In this document: piece after piece, positions 1 to 12,190 of the stretch
How the letters are laid out: the number at the start of each line of letters is the position of its first letter
Position numbering within the stretch: position 1 is the first letter of the stretch
DNA from: Octopus vulgaris
Taxonomy: Eukaryota
DNA: 64,000 bases
Assembly: GCA_951406725.2 (NCBI GenBank)
Contig: OX597827.1
Span: 84,134,001 to 84,198,000, forward strand
Direction: 5' to 3'
Notes under the pieces: generated by a model
What the model was told of the DNA's origin: nothing
What the model saw: only the letters and a program-made list of their open reading frames with translations
Databases searched by the model: none
Translations under genes and position numbers: made by a program

Positions 1-1
1 T

Positions 2-1201
2 GTGGACTTGGAGAAAGCCTTTGACAGGGTTCCCCGTTCCCTTATCTGGTGGTCGATGCGGAAACTGGAGATTGACGAATGGCTAATAAGGGCTGTACAG
101 GCTCTATACAGAGAGGCTGTCAGCAAGGTTAGGATTGGCAACGAATATAGTGAAGAATTCCGGGTAGAAGTAGGTGTGCACCAAGGCTCAGCCCTCAGTC
201 CCCTTTTATTCATCATAGTCCTCCAGGCAATAACAGAGGAATTCAAAACAGGATGCCCCTGGGAGCTCCTCTATGCTGATGACCTGGCTCTCATAGCAGA
301 ATCACTTCCGGAACTAGAAAAGAAATTTCGGGTGTGGAAGCAAGGGTTAGAATCAAAGGGCCTTAGAGTAAATGTAGCAAAGACCAAAGTTATAGTAAGC
401 AGAAAGGCAAACTCAGCACACACCCCCTCGGGCAGGTGGCCCTGCTCGATCTGTAGGAAAGGTGTAGGTAGAAACTCCATAAGATGCACCCAATGTAAGC
501 TATGGACGCACAAGAGGTGCAGCAACATTAAAGGGAAATTAACAGATAAGATAGCTTTCATGTGTGGCAGATGCACAGGGACAATAGACACCACAGACAC
601 TCAGAAAACAGATTCCATCACACTCCAGGGAGAGAAACTAGAAGTAGTTGATAGTTTCCGCTACCTGGGTGACCAAGTTAGTAGTGGAGGTGGATGCACA
701 GAGAGTATCACCACTAGAATACGAATAGCCTGGGCAAAGTTTAGAAAGCTCCTACCCCTACTGGCGACAAAGGGTCTCTCGCTCAGAGTGAAAGGTAGAT
801 TGTACAATGCATGCGTGCGAACTGCCATGCTTCACGGTAGTGAAACATGGGCTGTGACTGCAGAGGACATGCGTAGACTTGAAAGAAATGAAGCTAGCAT
901 GATCCGCTGGATGTGTAATGTCAGTGTGCACGCACGACAGAGTGTAAGCACCCTGAGAGAAATGCTGGGTATAAGAAGCATCAGATGTGGTGTGCAAGAG
1001 CGACGCTTGCGATGGTATGGTCATGTGCTGTGGATGGATGAGGAGAGATGTGCGAAGAAGTGCTACTCCCAAACAGTTGAAGGTATCAGGGGAAGAGGTA
1101 GACCCAGGAAGACATGGGATGAGGTAGTCAAGCATGACCTCAGAGCGATGGGCCTCACTGAGCAATGGCGAAGGACCGAGATCTCTGGAGATATGTTGTG
1201 A
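2..1201 (+). mobile_element. RTE-clade non-LTR retrotransposon, reverse transcriptase (C-terminal part) with an embedded PHD-like finger
   Basis: RT motifs DLEKAFDRVP, GVHQGSALSP, LLYADD, FRYLG and RLRWYGHV, plus the RTE-typical GRGRPRKTW. C4HC3 finger CSIC..CTQC..HKRC..CGRC. Apparent 1-bp frameshift near 1163; the alternative frame continues MAKDRDLWRYVV. Confidence 0.95.
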
Positions 1202-1755
1202 CTGCAAAGACCCGGGCTGCTTCCTGCATCAGTTCCGCATAGCCCCTGCCCATTCAAAGTACCCCGGATCCCAGAACGTCCCGCTGTGCTTGAGGAGACC
1301 TGTTGAGTCAAGTACATGAACATGAACGTCGAAATAAATATCAATGGAAATAGTAGTTGTGATGCCTGTGCCGGTGGCACATAAAAAGCACCATCCAAAC
1401 GTGGCCGATGCCAGCACCGCCCCGACTGGCTCCTGTGCCAGTGGCACATAAAAAGACCATCCGAACGTTGCCAGCGCCGCCTTGGCTGGCTTCCGTGCTG
1501 CTGGCATGTTAAAAGCTCCAACTGATCGTGACCGATGCCGAACCCCCCCTGGCACCTGTGCAGGTGGCACGTAAAAAGCACCGACTACACTCACGGAGTG
1601 GTTGGCGTTAGGAAGGGCATCCAGCCGTAGAAACTCTGCCAGATCAGACTGGAGCCTGGAGCAGCCCCTGGCTTCCCAGACCCCAGTCGAACCGTCCAAC
1701 CCGTGCTAGCGCGGAAAACGGACGTTAAACGATGATGATGATGATGATGATGATA
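1202..1755 (+). mobile_element. 3' UTR of the RTE element, ending in a (GAT)n tail
   Basis: Follows the RT ORF. Contains about four tandem units with GTGCCNGTGGCAC..AAAAGCACC, then GGTTGGCGTTAGGAAGGGCATCCAG...GACGTTAAAC(GAT)n. The same tail recurs many times in the window. Confidence 0.85.
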
Positions 1756-1769
1756 TATATATATATATG

Positions 1770-1900
1770 AGGCTGCACCAGACTCCAGTCTGATCTGGGA
1801 ATATTTCTACAGCTGGATTTCCTTCGTAACACCACCCACTGTGTGTGCTTTTTATGTGCCACCTGCACAGGGGCCAGAGGGGGCTGGCATCAACCACCAT
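1770..1900 (-). repeat. Inverted fragment of the RTE 3' UTR
   Basis: Reverse complement of the motifs at 1560-1665 (CCAGATCAGACTGGAG, GGCACATAAAAAGCAC). Confidence 0.7.
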
Positions 1901-2321
1901 CGGATGAAGATTTTGTACCTTTGCATTCCAATTAGAGAAACACTATAAATACTTTAGTTGATCAAAAATGAGACATTTTTATATTTGGTTCAGTTGATAT
2001 AAGTAAATTGAAACCACTTTTCATATCCAGGTCTCTACGTCTTCACCAACACCAAACAATTATGAAAGGATATTGGAATCAACATAATTTAGCTAAATTA
2101 AATTTATTATTTGAAGAAATGTTTTCACTGATATAGCTGAAGAAAGTTGCACTGCAAATATTAGGTAACCTTTCTATTTCCAGAAGTATAAATGGAGATT
2201 TTACAAAAGACATCTCATAGTAAATAAAAATTAGTTTTGTAATTGAAATATATCTTGTAATCTTCAATAATGAAATTAACTTGAAAGTCAAAAGAACATT
2301 AAAATCAAAGAGATATTCACA

Positions 2322-2371
2322 TCAGCAGGGCAGCTGACCGCTACAACAGTGCATATTTTTTCTTGTCAATC
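2322..2371 (-). CDS. Possible terminal exon of the malectin/FBA gene (GLTRKNMHCCSGQLPC*)
   Basis: A gtttag acceptor gives a phase-1 continuation of exon 3058-3181 and ends at TGA. It lacks the expected FBA C-terminal motif, so the true last exon may lie outside the window. Confidence 0.25.
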
Positions 2372-3057
2372 CTAAACAATGATATTCAGCCTGTTTTTGG
2401 CACTTAGTAGAAGTTTTAATGGGAATGTTCCACCAACATTCCTTGGGTTAGATATTTATGTATATTTCACTTAATGGGAATTGTTTTATTATGGTGGCCT
2501 AAGTCAACAGACAAGCAGGAAACTCCATACATCATTTATATTTAGATATTTCCAGCTTTGCCTCAACAAACAACAATTAATTCTTTGTCCTCTTCATATA
2601 ATTATTTTAGTATTGGAAACATTTGTTATTGATTGGCTCCAAGTCAGCCCTGATCTTGCAGACCTAAGATCAAAGCTATCCCACACATAACTGACTCGTC
2701 TTTTTAAGGGTATAAAATACTTCCAGTTGTACCATTGTCACATACAATATGGTTTCTAGAAGATTTGGCTTCTATTTCTGGCATATTTAGCCACCACGTA
2801 TAAGCTACCATATTAAATCATTATAATAGCCATTGGGCTAATTATACTATTCCACACTGTATTGTTCTTTCTAATTAGCTTTCAATAATCTCTGAAAGAG
2901 ACCTATTTTAACTATAGTTTTTCATGCAGATAGCGCCCCTGAGTAATTAATAGATAAGTATTTACTGCTTCCTTGAGCAACATATCTTAACACTAAAACT
3001 TAAATATCACATTGACGTGTGTCAGAGAAAGAGAAATTTTAAATGTATGTCTCTTAC

Positions 3058-3181
3058 CATATGATTCAATTGCAACACCTCGAACCCCAGGGCCATAGTC
3101 TGAAAATGTGACGCTTACTTCCTGCCACTCATTGTTTTTATAAATTTTTCCAATTTCTCCAGTTGTGAATTGTTTCATGAT
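3058..3181 (-). CDS. Exon 10 (in window) of the repeat-malectin-FBA gene; FBA domain
   Basis: ttttcag|ATC...TAT G|gtaag. Encodes IMKQFTTGEIGKIYKNNEWQEVSVTFSDYGPGVRGVAIESYG, matching the FBA motif W.EVSH.FS.YGPGVR. Confidence 0.92.
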
Positions 3182-3674
3182 CTGAAAATATTGAAATATT
3201 TGACCTCAGAATTACAGGTACAGAATAGTAAGCCTAAAGTTGGCTTGCCCCATTAATTAGCCATTATGTAGTCACTTTATGTAGTCACCCTCAAATAATA
3301 TCTTAATAAAAAGACATGAGATGGTCACGGTTGAGCCTTTCATAAAAGGTTTCTAAAGCAAGCTTGACCTGTATTTGAATAACAACAGCAACAACAAGAA
3401 AGGAAATATTAATGTATGCCCAGAAGCATTGCATGAATAAAAGATAGAAAGGCAATGATGAGTTACAATTTAACTCCTGAAAAGGGAAAAGAAATGAGAG
3501 AACCTATTTTGGAAAGGTTACCTTGTCAGTTATACCTAAGGATGTTGACCAGTTTAGAAACACAGATATACAAAATTTCAATAAATTTTTGTTTAATCAG
3601 TCAAATTAACAAATTATGTGTTGCTCTTGAGTACATGTTGATAGTAAATAAGAAGATTTCAAAAAAGGACAAAC

Positions 3675-3755
3675 CGTTCCATTTTCATCCATTAAAGAAG
3701 CTGTCATGGAATAGAATCCTCCACCACACACTCCTTCTCGGTACCACTCAGAGAC
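3675..3755 (-). CDS. Exon 9; FBA domain
   Basis: caacag|GTC...ACG|gtttg, phase 0-0, 81 nt. Encodes VSEWYREGVCGGGFYSMTASLMDENGT (FBA VSEW....CG..Y....L.D pattern). Not in the ORF track. Confidence 0.88.
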
Positions 3756-4659
3756 CTGTTGTTAGGGATAATAACAGTGTAAATTATTTACAGAGACACT
3801 GAATCTTAAATTACAATCTCACATAAACACCAGAAATTCCATCCTATGGACTAAAAAATTGGGGCTTTTTTGCTGTCCAAGGGGTGGATTGTTAGGATCA
3901 TTAAGGGATTGGGCAATTCCTGTAGTTGGTTAAGGTTTTATCATATTAGATATTCATATCAGGCTTTCTGTTCAAGTTGATGTTTCGAGGCAATAATTAT
4001 TACAACCTTCTTTCTCTCTAGTGATTGTATACAAAATAAAAGTTTGAGTTTGGGATATCATTTTTATTTCATAGTTAATAATTGTTTCAATTCCAAGAGG
4101 ATTAATCTTGCATATTATTTGTAAACTTGTACATTATTAATGATCTAGTCATATACACAGTCTGTTTCCAATACATCGTTTTAATGAAACATTCTAAAAA
4201 AATAATTCCATGGATGCTGTGAAGATAAACTGCACAACATATATAACTTGATCATTAATTACATACAAGACTATAAAACATCATGCAAGATTAATCACCA
4301 CAGAATTGTTGAAACAATTGTAAACTATGAAATACAAAATAATCCTGCAAACTTCAATCTTCAATTTTTGTTTCTTATACTCTGTAATTTGTGGATTTTC
4401 TGCTTATTTGGAACTTTAGTTTTATAAAGGGATTTCCCCTTTGCAATTTCCAGATAGACACTTTCAGTAGAAATGCTTCCCAAGGAAAATGCCTGGATTA
4501 TCAGTTGACATAAAGTACCAGAAAAACTGCTGGACTTGACAAGTGATCAAATTCTTTTTAAGATGGTAGGGTCAATATGGCCATGACTGACAGCTAAAAG
4601 AATCCAAGTTAAATAAAAGAGAGAAAAGAAACAAAGAGGAGACATGCTGAAGTATTTAC

Positions 4660-4830
4660 CTGGATGTCAGGTGATGTATCTAAATAGTCAACACAGAAGA
4701 ATTCAGTGAGGTCTACTTCCTGTTGTTTGGTACATCTCATGTGGGACGTAATGAAAGCCCTTTTAGTGCCATAACCACTTTCATCTATTGTCCAGTCACC
4801 ATAGGCATTCCAGTGTACCATACTGTTTTG
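4660..4830 (-). CDS. Exon 8; FBA domain
   Basis: gccag|CAA...CAG|gtaaat, 171 nt. Encodes QNSMVHWNAYGDWTIDESGYGTKRAFITSHMRCTKQQEVDLTEFFCVDYLDTSPDIQ (FBA F.TS...C.K.Q.VDL...LD..PDI). Confidence 0.92.
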
Positions 4831-6568
4831 CTGGCAATATAATACTTACAGGATAATAACAATTTTGCCACAGTGTAGATCACATAATTAAGCAGAGGAT
4901 AATCAAAATTTTATTTCATGCTAAATTATATGGTAACCACTGGTTAAACCACATAGATTGTCTCCTATTGGTTCCCATCAGTTTTATAATGTATTAGAGC
5001 ATAATTATCTTTAGTTAAGAAATAAAGGTTACTGTTTTGTATCCAGTCTAGTACTATGCACATATCCAAAAATAAGCATAAACCACTTGATAACTACAGA
5101 GTTAGACAATGATTAAATACTGTTTTATATTTAGATGGCCAGCAGTTTAACTTAAGAAATGCAAATGGTGGGGAAAGGACTACAAAACAAAAGAGGTCAC
5201 ATATTCAGCACAGTGCCATGCAAGCACTCTGAACTTGTTGAACCCACAACATTCAGAATTGTTGCTACAACTGAGAAAGCTGATGATCTAAAAGAAAATG
5301 TAAAGAATAGGAGATAGAGTCTTCAACTTGTTTGCATATTTAATGACTGTTAAAATTAGGTCTTATATAACATATTTTCTATTTAAAAAATGGAGACAAC
5401 AGAGCTTCATGGTTCATCTTGTCTCACATACTACTCACCAAAACTGCTAGAGTAGTGTCTGAAAAGAGACACCACTGGCAACTAACTGAGACATTTTTGA
5501 TCACTGTTATCCTTGCTATTTTTTTTTTATACCTTTATCATTTACTTTGTAAACTAGCCATGGAGAACTGCTTGTTTTGTAATAACCAAACTCAATTTCT
5601 CTTTTCTGCATAAATATGCTCTCCTAAGGCAAGCTACTTACATTTCTTTAACACACACACACATAAACATTGATTTTGCAACTGAGTAGCAATGAACTTT
5701 TTTGGTGATTCATAAACAGACAATTTGATATTAATTACATATTTTTTGTTAGAGTGTGTAAATTTATCCTGCAGATATCATGTCCAAGTTTTACAAGTTA
5801 GTGAATGAACAAATTGCCAAATATATTTCATATCACTTTGACAGTCATTCATTGTAAAAATACATTTTATAATGTCAATAAGTGTGTATACAATTACAAA
5901 AGAATTCATCATCGGTTAGTCCACAAATGCCTTTGATTGGCCTCTTGCTCTCTTCCCCTTTACGCTTCTTGTTAGAATGGTTTAGGGTAGTGACTTGTGG
6001 CACATTGTCTGTAGACTTAATTCAAGTATCTATCTTATAGCCACTTGGACATTTGAGGTGAGGATCTTTTCCATACTTAGAACTGCCGCTTTGACATTAT
6101 ACACTGTTGCAATCATCTTCAAACAGCTGTTAATTCATTTCCAATTGAAAAAAGCTTTGCAATGGTGGAATACAAAAGAACTATTACAGCATTGTACTCA
6201 ATTTTGTTCCCACGAACACTGCCCCAAACTGCTAAAACTACTCTTAAAGAAATATATTTTTGGATTATATATGGACAGCTCAACCTTTTAAACACATTGA
6301 TTCTGACCACAAAGAAAGACAATAGGCATGTAGCTTACTTACAATTATAGAACAAGGAAAACACTGAATTATATCTCAAAAGACCTTACCAAGAAGACTT
6401 GGAGAAAATAGAGACAGCATCAAAAAGTGAAGAAAGATTTCAAAAGCTTTTGAGAAAAAGGGCTTTCATAAGTAGCTCTATGAAAATAGAACTTAGGACA
6501 AGTTTAATTGGGTTAATTCTGCCAACATATCTGGAGGGAAACCGATAGTTGTTATCAAACAAATGATT

Positions 6569-6631
6569 TGAAAGCAAGTAGTAAACATTGAAAGCAAGTA
6601 GTAAACATTGAAAGCAAGTAGTAAACATTGA
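6569..6631 (+). repeat. Perfect tandem repeat, 3 x 20 bp (TGAAAGCAAGTAGTAAACAT)
   Basis: Directly visible triplication. Confidence 0.9.
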
Positions 6632-7993
6632 TAAATTATTTAATAGGGTTGTTATTATGAAGAACTTTTTGGTTTCTGAGGCAGAAGTTTATGCAGCACA
6701 AAATTTTAAGTATGAGGAAAAGCGATAAAATTTGTTTTGCTTGTTTCAAAGAAAGACACATATTAGTAAAAAAAAGGTTTTGTTCTATAGTAGACTCATT
6801 TTCTTTTCTCGAATTTGTGCAATAGGTAAAGATTTCTGTAATAGATAAAGAGAGGTCTAAAGAGGTCATTATTGCAGAAGTTACTATCAAGGACTTTCTG
6901 ATTATTAACATCTTAAGCTTTCATAAATTTTAGAGAAAATTGAAATTGACAAAGAATTTATTGTAATATTTTGAGATGGTCATTTTTCTTGCCAAATAAA
7001 CATATGCAGTTTTCGTTTTTCACTTCAGATTTATCGTTGTTCTTATTTTAGGACATAAAATAAGAACAATTATAAATCTGAAGGGAAGAACTAATAAATA
7101 GTGTGTGTTTATTTTGCAAGGCAGAAGAAAAAGTGACTATCCAGAAATATTACAATATCTGTTTCAACACAAGATTTCACATCAGGAATCTTGCAAAACA
7201 AATATATGTGACAATGAACGTTTTAAGTGAAAAAGCTCTGATAATTGAATAGAATATTACTTGACAATAAGAACATGTCTAATTTGATTGACTTTTGAAT
7301 ACTACAATTCTACTTCATAATATTCTACATGCTTGTATTGTCCAGTAAACAATAGTTGCTTTGTACATATTTTTCCTTTCTGCCAACTTGGAAGAGGCTG
7401 CTTTGATATAAGTAGAAAATATGTAATTAAGTTAATATATTGGCAGTAACCCAAATCCACTTTAATACCCAACCCACACATTGTGGCTCATTAGAGCATG
7501 CATGATATTTCCATTGGTCACACTTATATACACAAATATAATACTGATATATACTCATCTAAGTACCAATGCATCCACATACATACCTACACATCCTCAA
7601 ATGCTTACACACATGTAAAACTTATACAGACATTCATATAAATATTTATATCCACATATCAAATGACCCAAGAAGGTATGCCTATATGGTTGCTCAAACT
7701 ATAAGAATTTACAACCAAATCCATCATATCACATCCTACTACCTTAAAGAAAAAGGATACATGGGCTAAAAGAAATCCTACAAACATTAACCGGGAAAAA
7801 ATATGAAATGGTGATTACAGGAGCATCTTTGGTCATGGGTCGAGTGGATCAGTCTGGTGACCTGAGTCTAGATAATGTCAAGTTTAATACTGATTACTAT
7901 ACTATATATATCATATGATGCTCTAATTATACTATATCTGAATCTAACTTGAGTCACTTTGAACAGAACTAGAGTGAATGACCAATCTCTTAC

Positions 7994-8293
7994 CTCTCCA
8001 CTTGCATTTTGAAGTAGATTCTGTGACCAACCAACAATTTTGACTTCCTTTTTCAGTAAGCTATGTAGAATTGGTTTAAAAGATTCTACCAAGTACGAAC
8101 TGTCTCGAAGCACCTGTTGTTTGTCTGGCAAGTGTTTCTTCATAAGAGTTGGGTTAAAAAGGACAAAAGCACAAAGAGCTGTATCTTTGGAACATATTCT
8201 CAAGTGGTGGTCAGTTATTGTTACATGTATGTCTGCTGTATGAGCATGACATCCAGGAGATATCTCATACTGTTGGTGAAACTGGGATTGAAC
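7994..8293 (-). CDS. Exon 7; end of the malectin-like region, linker, and start of the FBA domain
   Basis: atttcag|GTT...GAG|gtaag, 300 nt, phase 0-0. Ends NLLQNASGE, like the NLL.NP.GE motif that opens FBA domains. Confidence 0.88.
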
Positions 8294-8535
8294 CTGAAAT
8301 AACAAAACAAGATCAGCATTTTAGTGGGTTCTGCTTTCTCTGTCAGATCTCAGTCATTACACTGTCCAAGCTGGAGCATTGTTGTTTTGAAGAGTTTAAC
8401 TAAATATATCTATTCCAGTACGTTTTCTGGTACATTTTTAAAGTACATAAAGGAAATGTAATAATAAAGCAAAGGAACTTAACAATACAAGATATCTTAT
8501 GTTCAAATCACTACTCTTTCCATCACCCATCACCC

Positions 8536-8582
<47 letters not shown>

Positions 8583-8586
<4 letters not shown>

Positions 8587-8690
8587 CCTGCTTGCTTAGC
8601 CAGCGGGGTGGCGTCAATCGAAGGCTAAAACAATGTGAACGCATTGTGACCAGCGATGTGTAGCAACATTTGATGGTCTGGTTGGTCACG
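8583..8690 (+). mobile_element. 3' part of a SINE, same family as 27026-27333
   Basis: CTTAGCCAGCGGGGTGGCGTCA...GTGACCAGCGATGTGTAGCAACAT is nearly identical to 27226-27320. Confidence 0.75.
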
Positions 8691-9194
8691 AAAGAAAGAA
8701 TATATATATATATATACACACTTTATTCAAAGCAGCAGAAAATTCAACAAAGCATTTTTTACTTTTTGTCCTTTTGAAGTCAACAAAATATGCACCAGGG
8801 TCAATGTAATTAGCTGACCACCCCTGGTCTTGTGCAAAAATTTCAAACCATTCTTGTTCAACTATTTAACTAATCAACCAGTCAACTAATCGATTGTTTC
8901 ACTCGTCTTTTGATGAATTAATCAATCAGTTGGTTTGTTCTGAAACTACAAATGGCCTTTAGCAATGACAAGGCATTCTGGCTTCAGATCTCTTCAATAT
9001 ATTTTGATACATTCACCAGTATTACCAGGAGTTTGCTTCACAGCTGCATGTTATTCCATGTTCAATGTCAATGTGTGGCCAGTTCAACATTTATCTTCTC
9101 CCATAGGCTTGATCAACACCTCCCATTTGAGTTTTGTAATAGCAGAAACTGCATGGAAGCCTCTTGGAAGTGTGTGTATGTATATATAAATATA

Positions 9195-9612
9195 TGAAGA
9201 CATGGGATGAAGTACTGAAGAATGTCCTCAGGATGCTGAACCTTCCAGGCGAGATGACAAAGGACGAAGATGCCTTGTGAGATGACAAAGGACCTGGTAC
9301 CTTGCTGTATACAAGAAAACCCATACTCCACTGCAGAAGTGCTAAGACTGATTCTTCTGGTGGTGCCATGTAGAAGTGCTTGTGGAGTATCATGTAAAAG
9401 CATCCATGTGACCCCACATAAATGCATCTCTGTGGTGCCATGCAAAAACGCACAGCACACTCTCTAAAGTGGTTGGCATTGTAAAGGACATCCAGCTGTA
9501 GAAACCATACCAAATAATACTGGAGTCTCGTGCAGCACTCTGGCTTGTCAGCTTTGCTCAAACCATCCAACCCATCCCAGCATGGACAACAGACGTTAAA
9601 TGATGATGATAT
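9195..9612 (+). mobile_element. Degraded RTE 3' end
   Basis: GAAGACATGGGATGA..., GGTTGGCATT..CATCCAGCTGTAGAAA..., then GACGTTAAATGATGATGAT. Confidence 0.75.
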
Positions 9613-9639
9613 ATATATATATATATATACATAACAAAA

Positions 9640-10560
9640 TGATGGATGTGTGTCACTTCATCGCAGCTGTTTCCAGTGGATTTCTTTATTAGATTAAGGA
9701 GTACATTACATCATAACTAAAACAAATTACTTTCATCAGATAATACATAACATTTCAAAACAATATAAGAAGAGCACTTTAGCACAGTGGGACAGTTGAA
9801 CTTGATTCCAGCTGAAGCTGACTTGGAATGAGAGAAACAGCAAAGCTTGGATGGCATTAAGGGGACAATAGTGGACAGAGTGCTCAAAGGTTTTACAGCT
9901 ACAGGGCAGTTAGTGGGCATGTTGGTGGCAGGAGAGAGTAAAAGAGCTAAGTAGTCTATTTCACTCTGTAAGATAATATCTGGGTTAACAATAGATGTAT
10001 ATCTCACTACCATTCATTCTATGAGATTTCATTTTATGACAGCTTTATTACACTTGGACCCCAGTTGGGGATGGAATTAAGATAACAGGTATATACAGCG
10101 ATTAATAAGACTTTACCAAGAGCTTATTTAAAAGTGAATAGAAAATGAAGGAACTTAATTAGGGGTTCAGGGTTATAATTAGTGAGAGTGTTGACAATGA
10201 CAAGAGTGGGAGATAATATTAACTAAACGGTATTGGTGAGATTATATAAATTATGAAAATATCATTATTGAAGTAATACTAATTCATTATCTTCCACTCT
10301 CATCATTGTCACCACTCTCTAGTATAACCCTGACCTCTTAATGTCATCCAAGTTTTGCTGCTTCCTTCATTTCAAGTCAGCTTCAACAGGAATCAAGTTT
10401 GACTGTCCCACTATGGTAAAGTGCTCTTCTTACATTGTTTTTAAATGTTATGTATCACCTGATGAAAGTGGTTTTTAAAGTTATACGGTAAAGTACTCAT
10501 TAATCTATTAAAGAAACCCACTGGAAACAGCTGTATTGAAGTGACACATACCCACCGTTC
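9640..10560. mobile_element. Element with ~220-bp inverted terminal repeats carrying a hammerhead-like core (Penelope-like pseudo-LTR pair)
   Basis: 9640-9860 is the imperfect reverse complement of 10345-10560 (e.g. GTGTCACTTCA..CAGCTGTTTCCAGTGG vs CCACTGGAAACAGCTG..TGAAGTGACAC). Confidence 0.65.
10454..10540 (+). ncRNA. Hammerhead-like ribozyme relic with extended stem II
   Basis: CTGATGA at 10459, stem II AGTGG...CCACT, GAAA, palindromic stem III ACAGCTGT with a GUA site. Stem I is weak. Confidence 0.5.
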
Positions 10561-10983
10561 AGTTATATATTTATTTGTTCATAATACTCCTAACTGTAAT
10601 CCTGACCCATCCCATCGATATTCTATACCAAATAACATATGACTAATACAACATAAACTTTTGGATTAGCCCATAGGCTATTAAAATACTCACAAGGATT
10701 CAATTATTTGTGTACATAACCTGAATTTTTCACTGGATGTACTTCGGCACCCATGAGTTTTATTCAATTAAAGATGCTGTTTACCTGTTAATTCTGATCC
10801 TACATGTTGCCTATCATTTAAGTACCTCATTTCTTTGAATCATTCATATTGCGTGTATATATACATACATATATATATACCGGAGTAAACACATAAATGT
10901 GAAACAAGGTGGAAAAAAGAGTACTCAAATACCAGTGGTTGAGTAATATGCTATATTTAAAGCAGCAGAAAATTCAACAAAAC

Positions 10984-11021
10984 CTGTTACTCTGAGTTTC
11001 ACGTTCCCGTTCGTCGGACAG
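10984..11021 (-). ncRNA. Minimal type I hammerhead ribozyme (Penelope pLTR type)
   Basis: Minus strand reads CTGT-CCGACGA-ACG GGAA CGT-GAA-ACTC A GAGT-A-ACAG. All three stems pair, the cleavage triplet is GUA, and the core carries a U4C variant. Confidence 0.7.
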
Positions 11022-11154
11022 TTTTTGCTAGAATAGAACTGATATGTCAATTCTATCAAGACTAATATAAACGCTACACCTTTAAAAATAGACTTGTTTG
11101 ATTGGTCCTTTACAAATAACGGTCAATTTTCGAGCGATAAACAAAAAAAGCTCA

Positions 11155-11201
<47 letters not shown>

Positions 11202-11629
11202 TATAAAATCCGAGGAAAAAACCTTACATCGAATCTTTGGTTAAAATACATATTATCATTAATAAAGGAAATATAATTAATACATGGAAATTGAAATTAA
11301 AATGTTAAAATGCATTAAAATATTACACAACAGTACATACTCATACTAAACTATACATATATACATCAACATACACAGATAGATGCACGCAGACCACATA
11401 CATATACAGACATATAAATACAAAGCTAAAATATGCACACAAATGCATGTACACATATGAATACGCAATCTAGCTCGCATGCAAAATCACTGAATCCATA
11501 TAGACTATAAGCTAAATTCATGGATGGGGAAGGGGCGTTCTTATTTACAACATAAAGCTAAAGACATAAGTAAGGGAGGGAGAGGGGGGGCGTAAAGTTA
11601 CAGGAGCCTTTATTCTTCATAGAATTCCC

Positions 11630-12190
11630 ATTTATAGATGCAGGTTTATATAGGGATGACGGCCTTATAGCCACCCATAATTTAAATGGCCATGAATCAG
11701 ATAGACTTAGGAAGGACCTTATTGCTTTCTTCCAAAGGATGGGCTTACGGGTTACAATAGATACTAACCTGAAAAGTGTAGATTTTTTAGATGTAAATTT
11801 TGATATAAGGTCAGATAGATTTAAACCTTACCGTAAGCCCAATGACAAGCTATCATATATTAGCAAAGATTCGAACCATCCACCAGTTATCCTTAGGAAC
11901 TTAGTCAGCAATGTAGGTAGAAGAATATCGTCAATTTCTTCAGATGATGCAGCATTCCATAATGCTGCACCTTATTACGATAGCACATTAAGGAATAGTG
12001 GATTCTCTGAGAAGATCCAGTACAACCAGCTTAATGCTGGTAGTAATGCTGCGCGCAGAACTAGGACCAGGAAAGTTTTGTGGTTCAACCTGGCTTTCAA
12101 TTTGGCCGTAAAAACTAATATAGGTAAGGAATTCTTGAAATTAGTCTCTAAGCATTTTAAGCAGGACCATAAATTCTATAGAATATAGAA
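11630..12190 (+). mobile_element. Penelope-like element reverse transcriptase fragment
   Basis: GLYRDDGL just upstream of ORF 11739, then VDFLDV, KPYRKPN..YI...SNHPP and LWFN. These are typical PLE RT motifs. A pLTR-like segment with a hammerhead lies at 10875-11030. Confidence 0.88.

Noticed and set aside
1360-1585. Spaced direct repeats resembling a CRISPR array
   Set aside because: The context is a eukaryotic LINE 3' UTR, the spacers resemble each other, and no cas genes are present.
271-1699. Minus-strand ORFs overlapping the RTE element
   Set aside because: Antisense shadows of the RT ORF and its GC-rich UTR.
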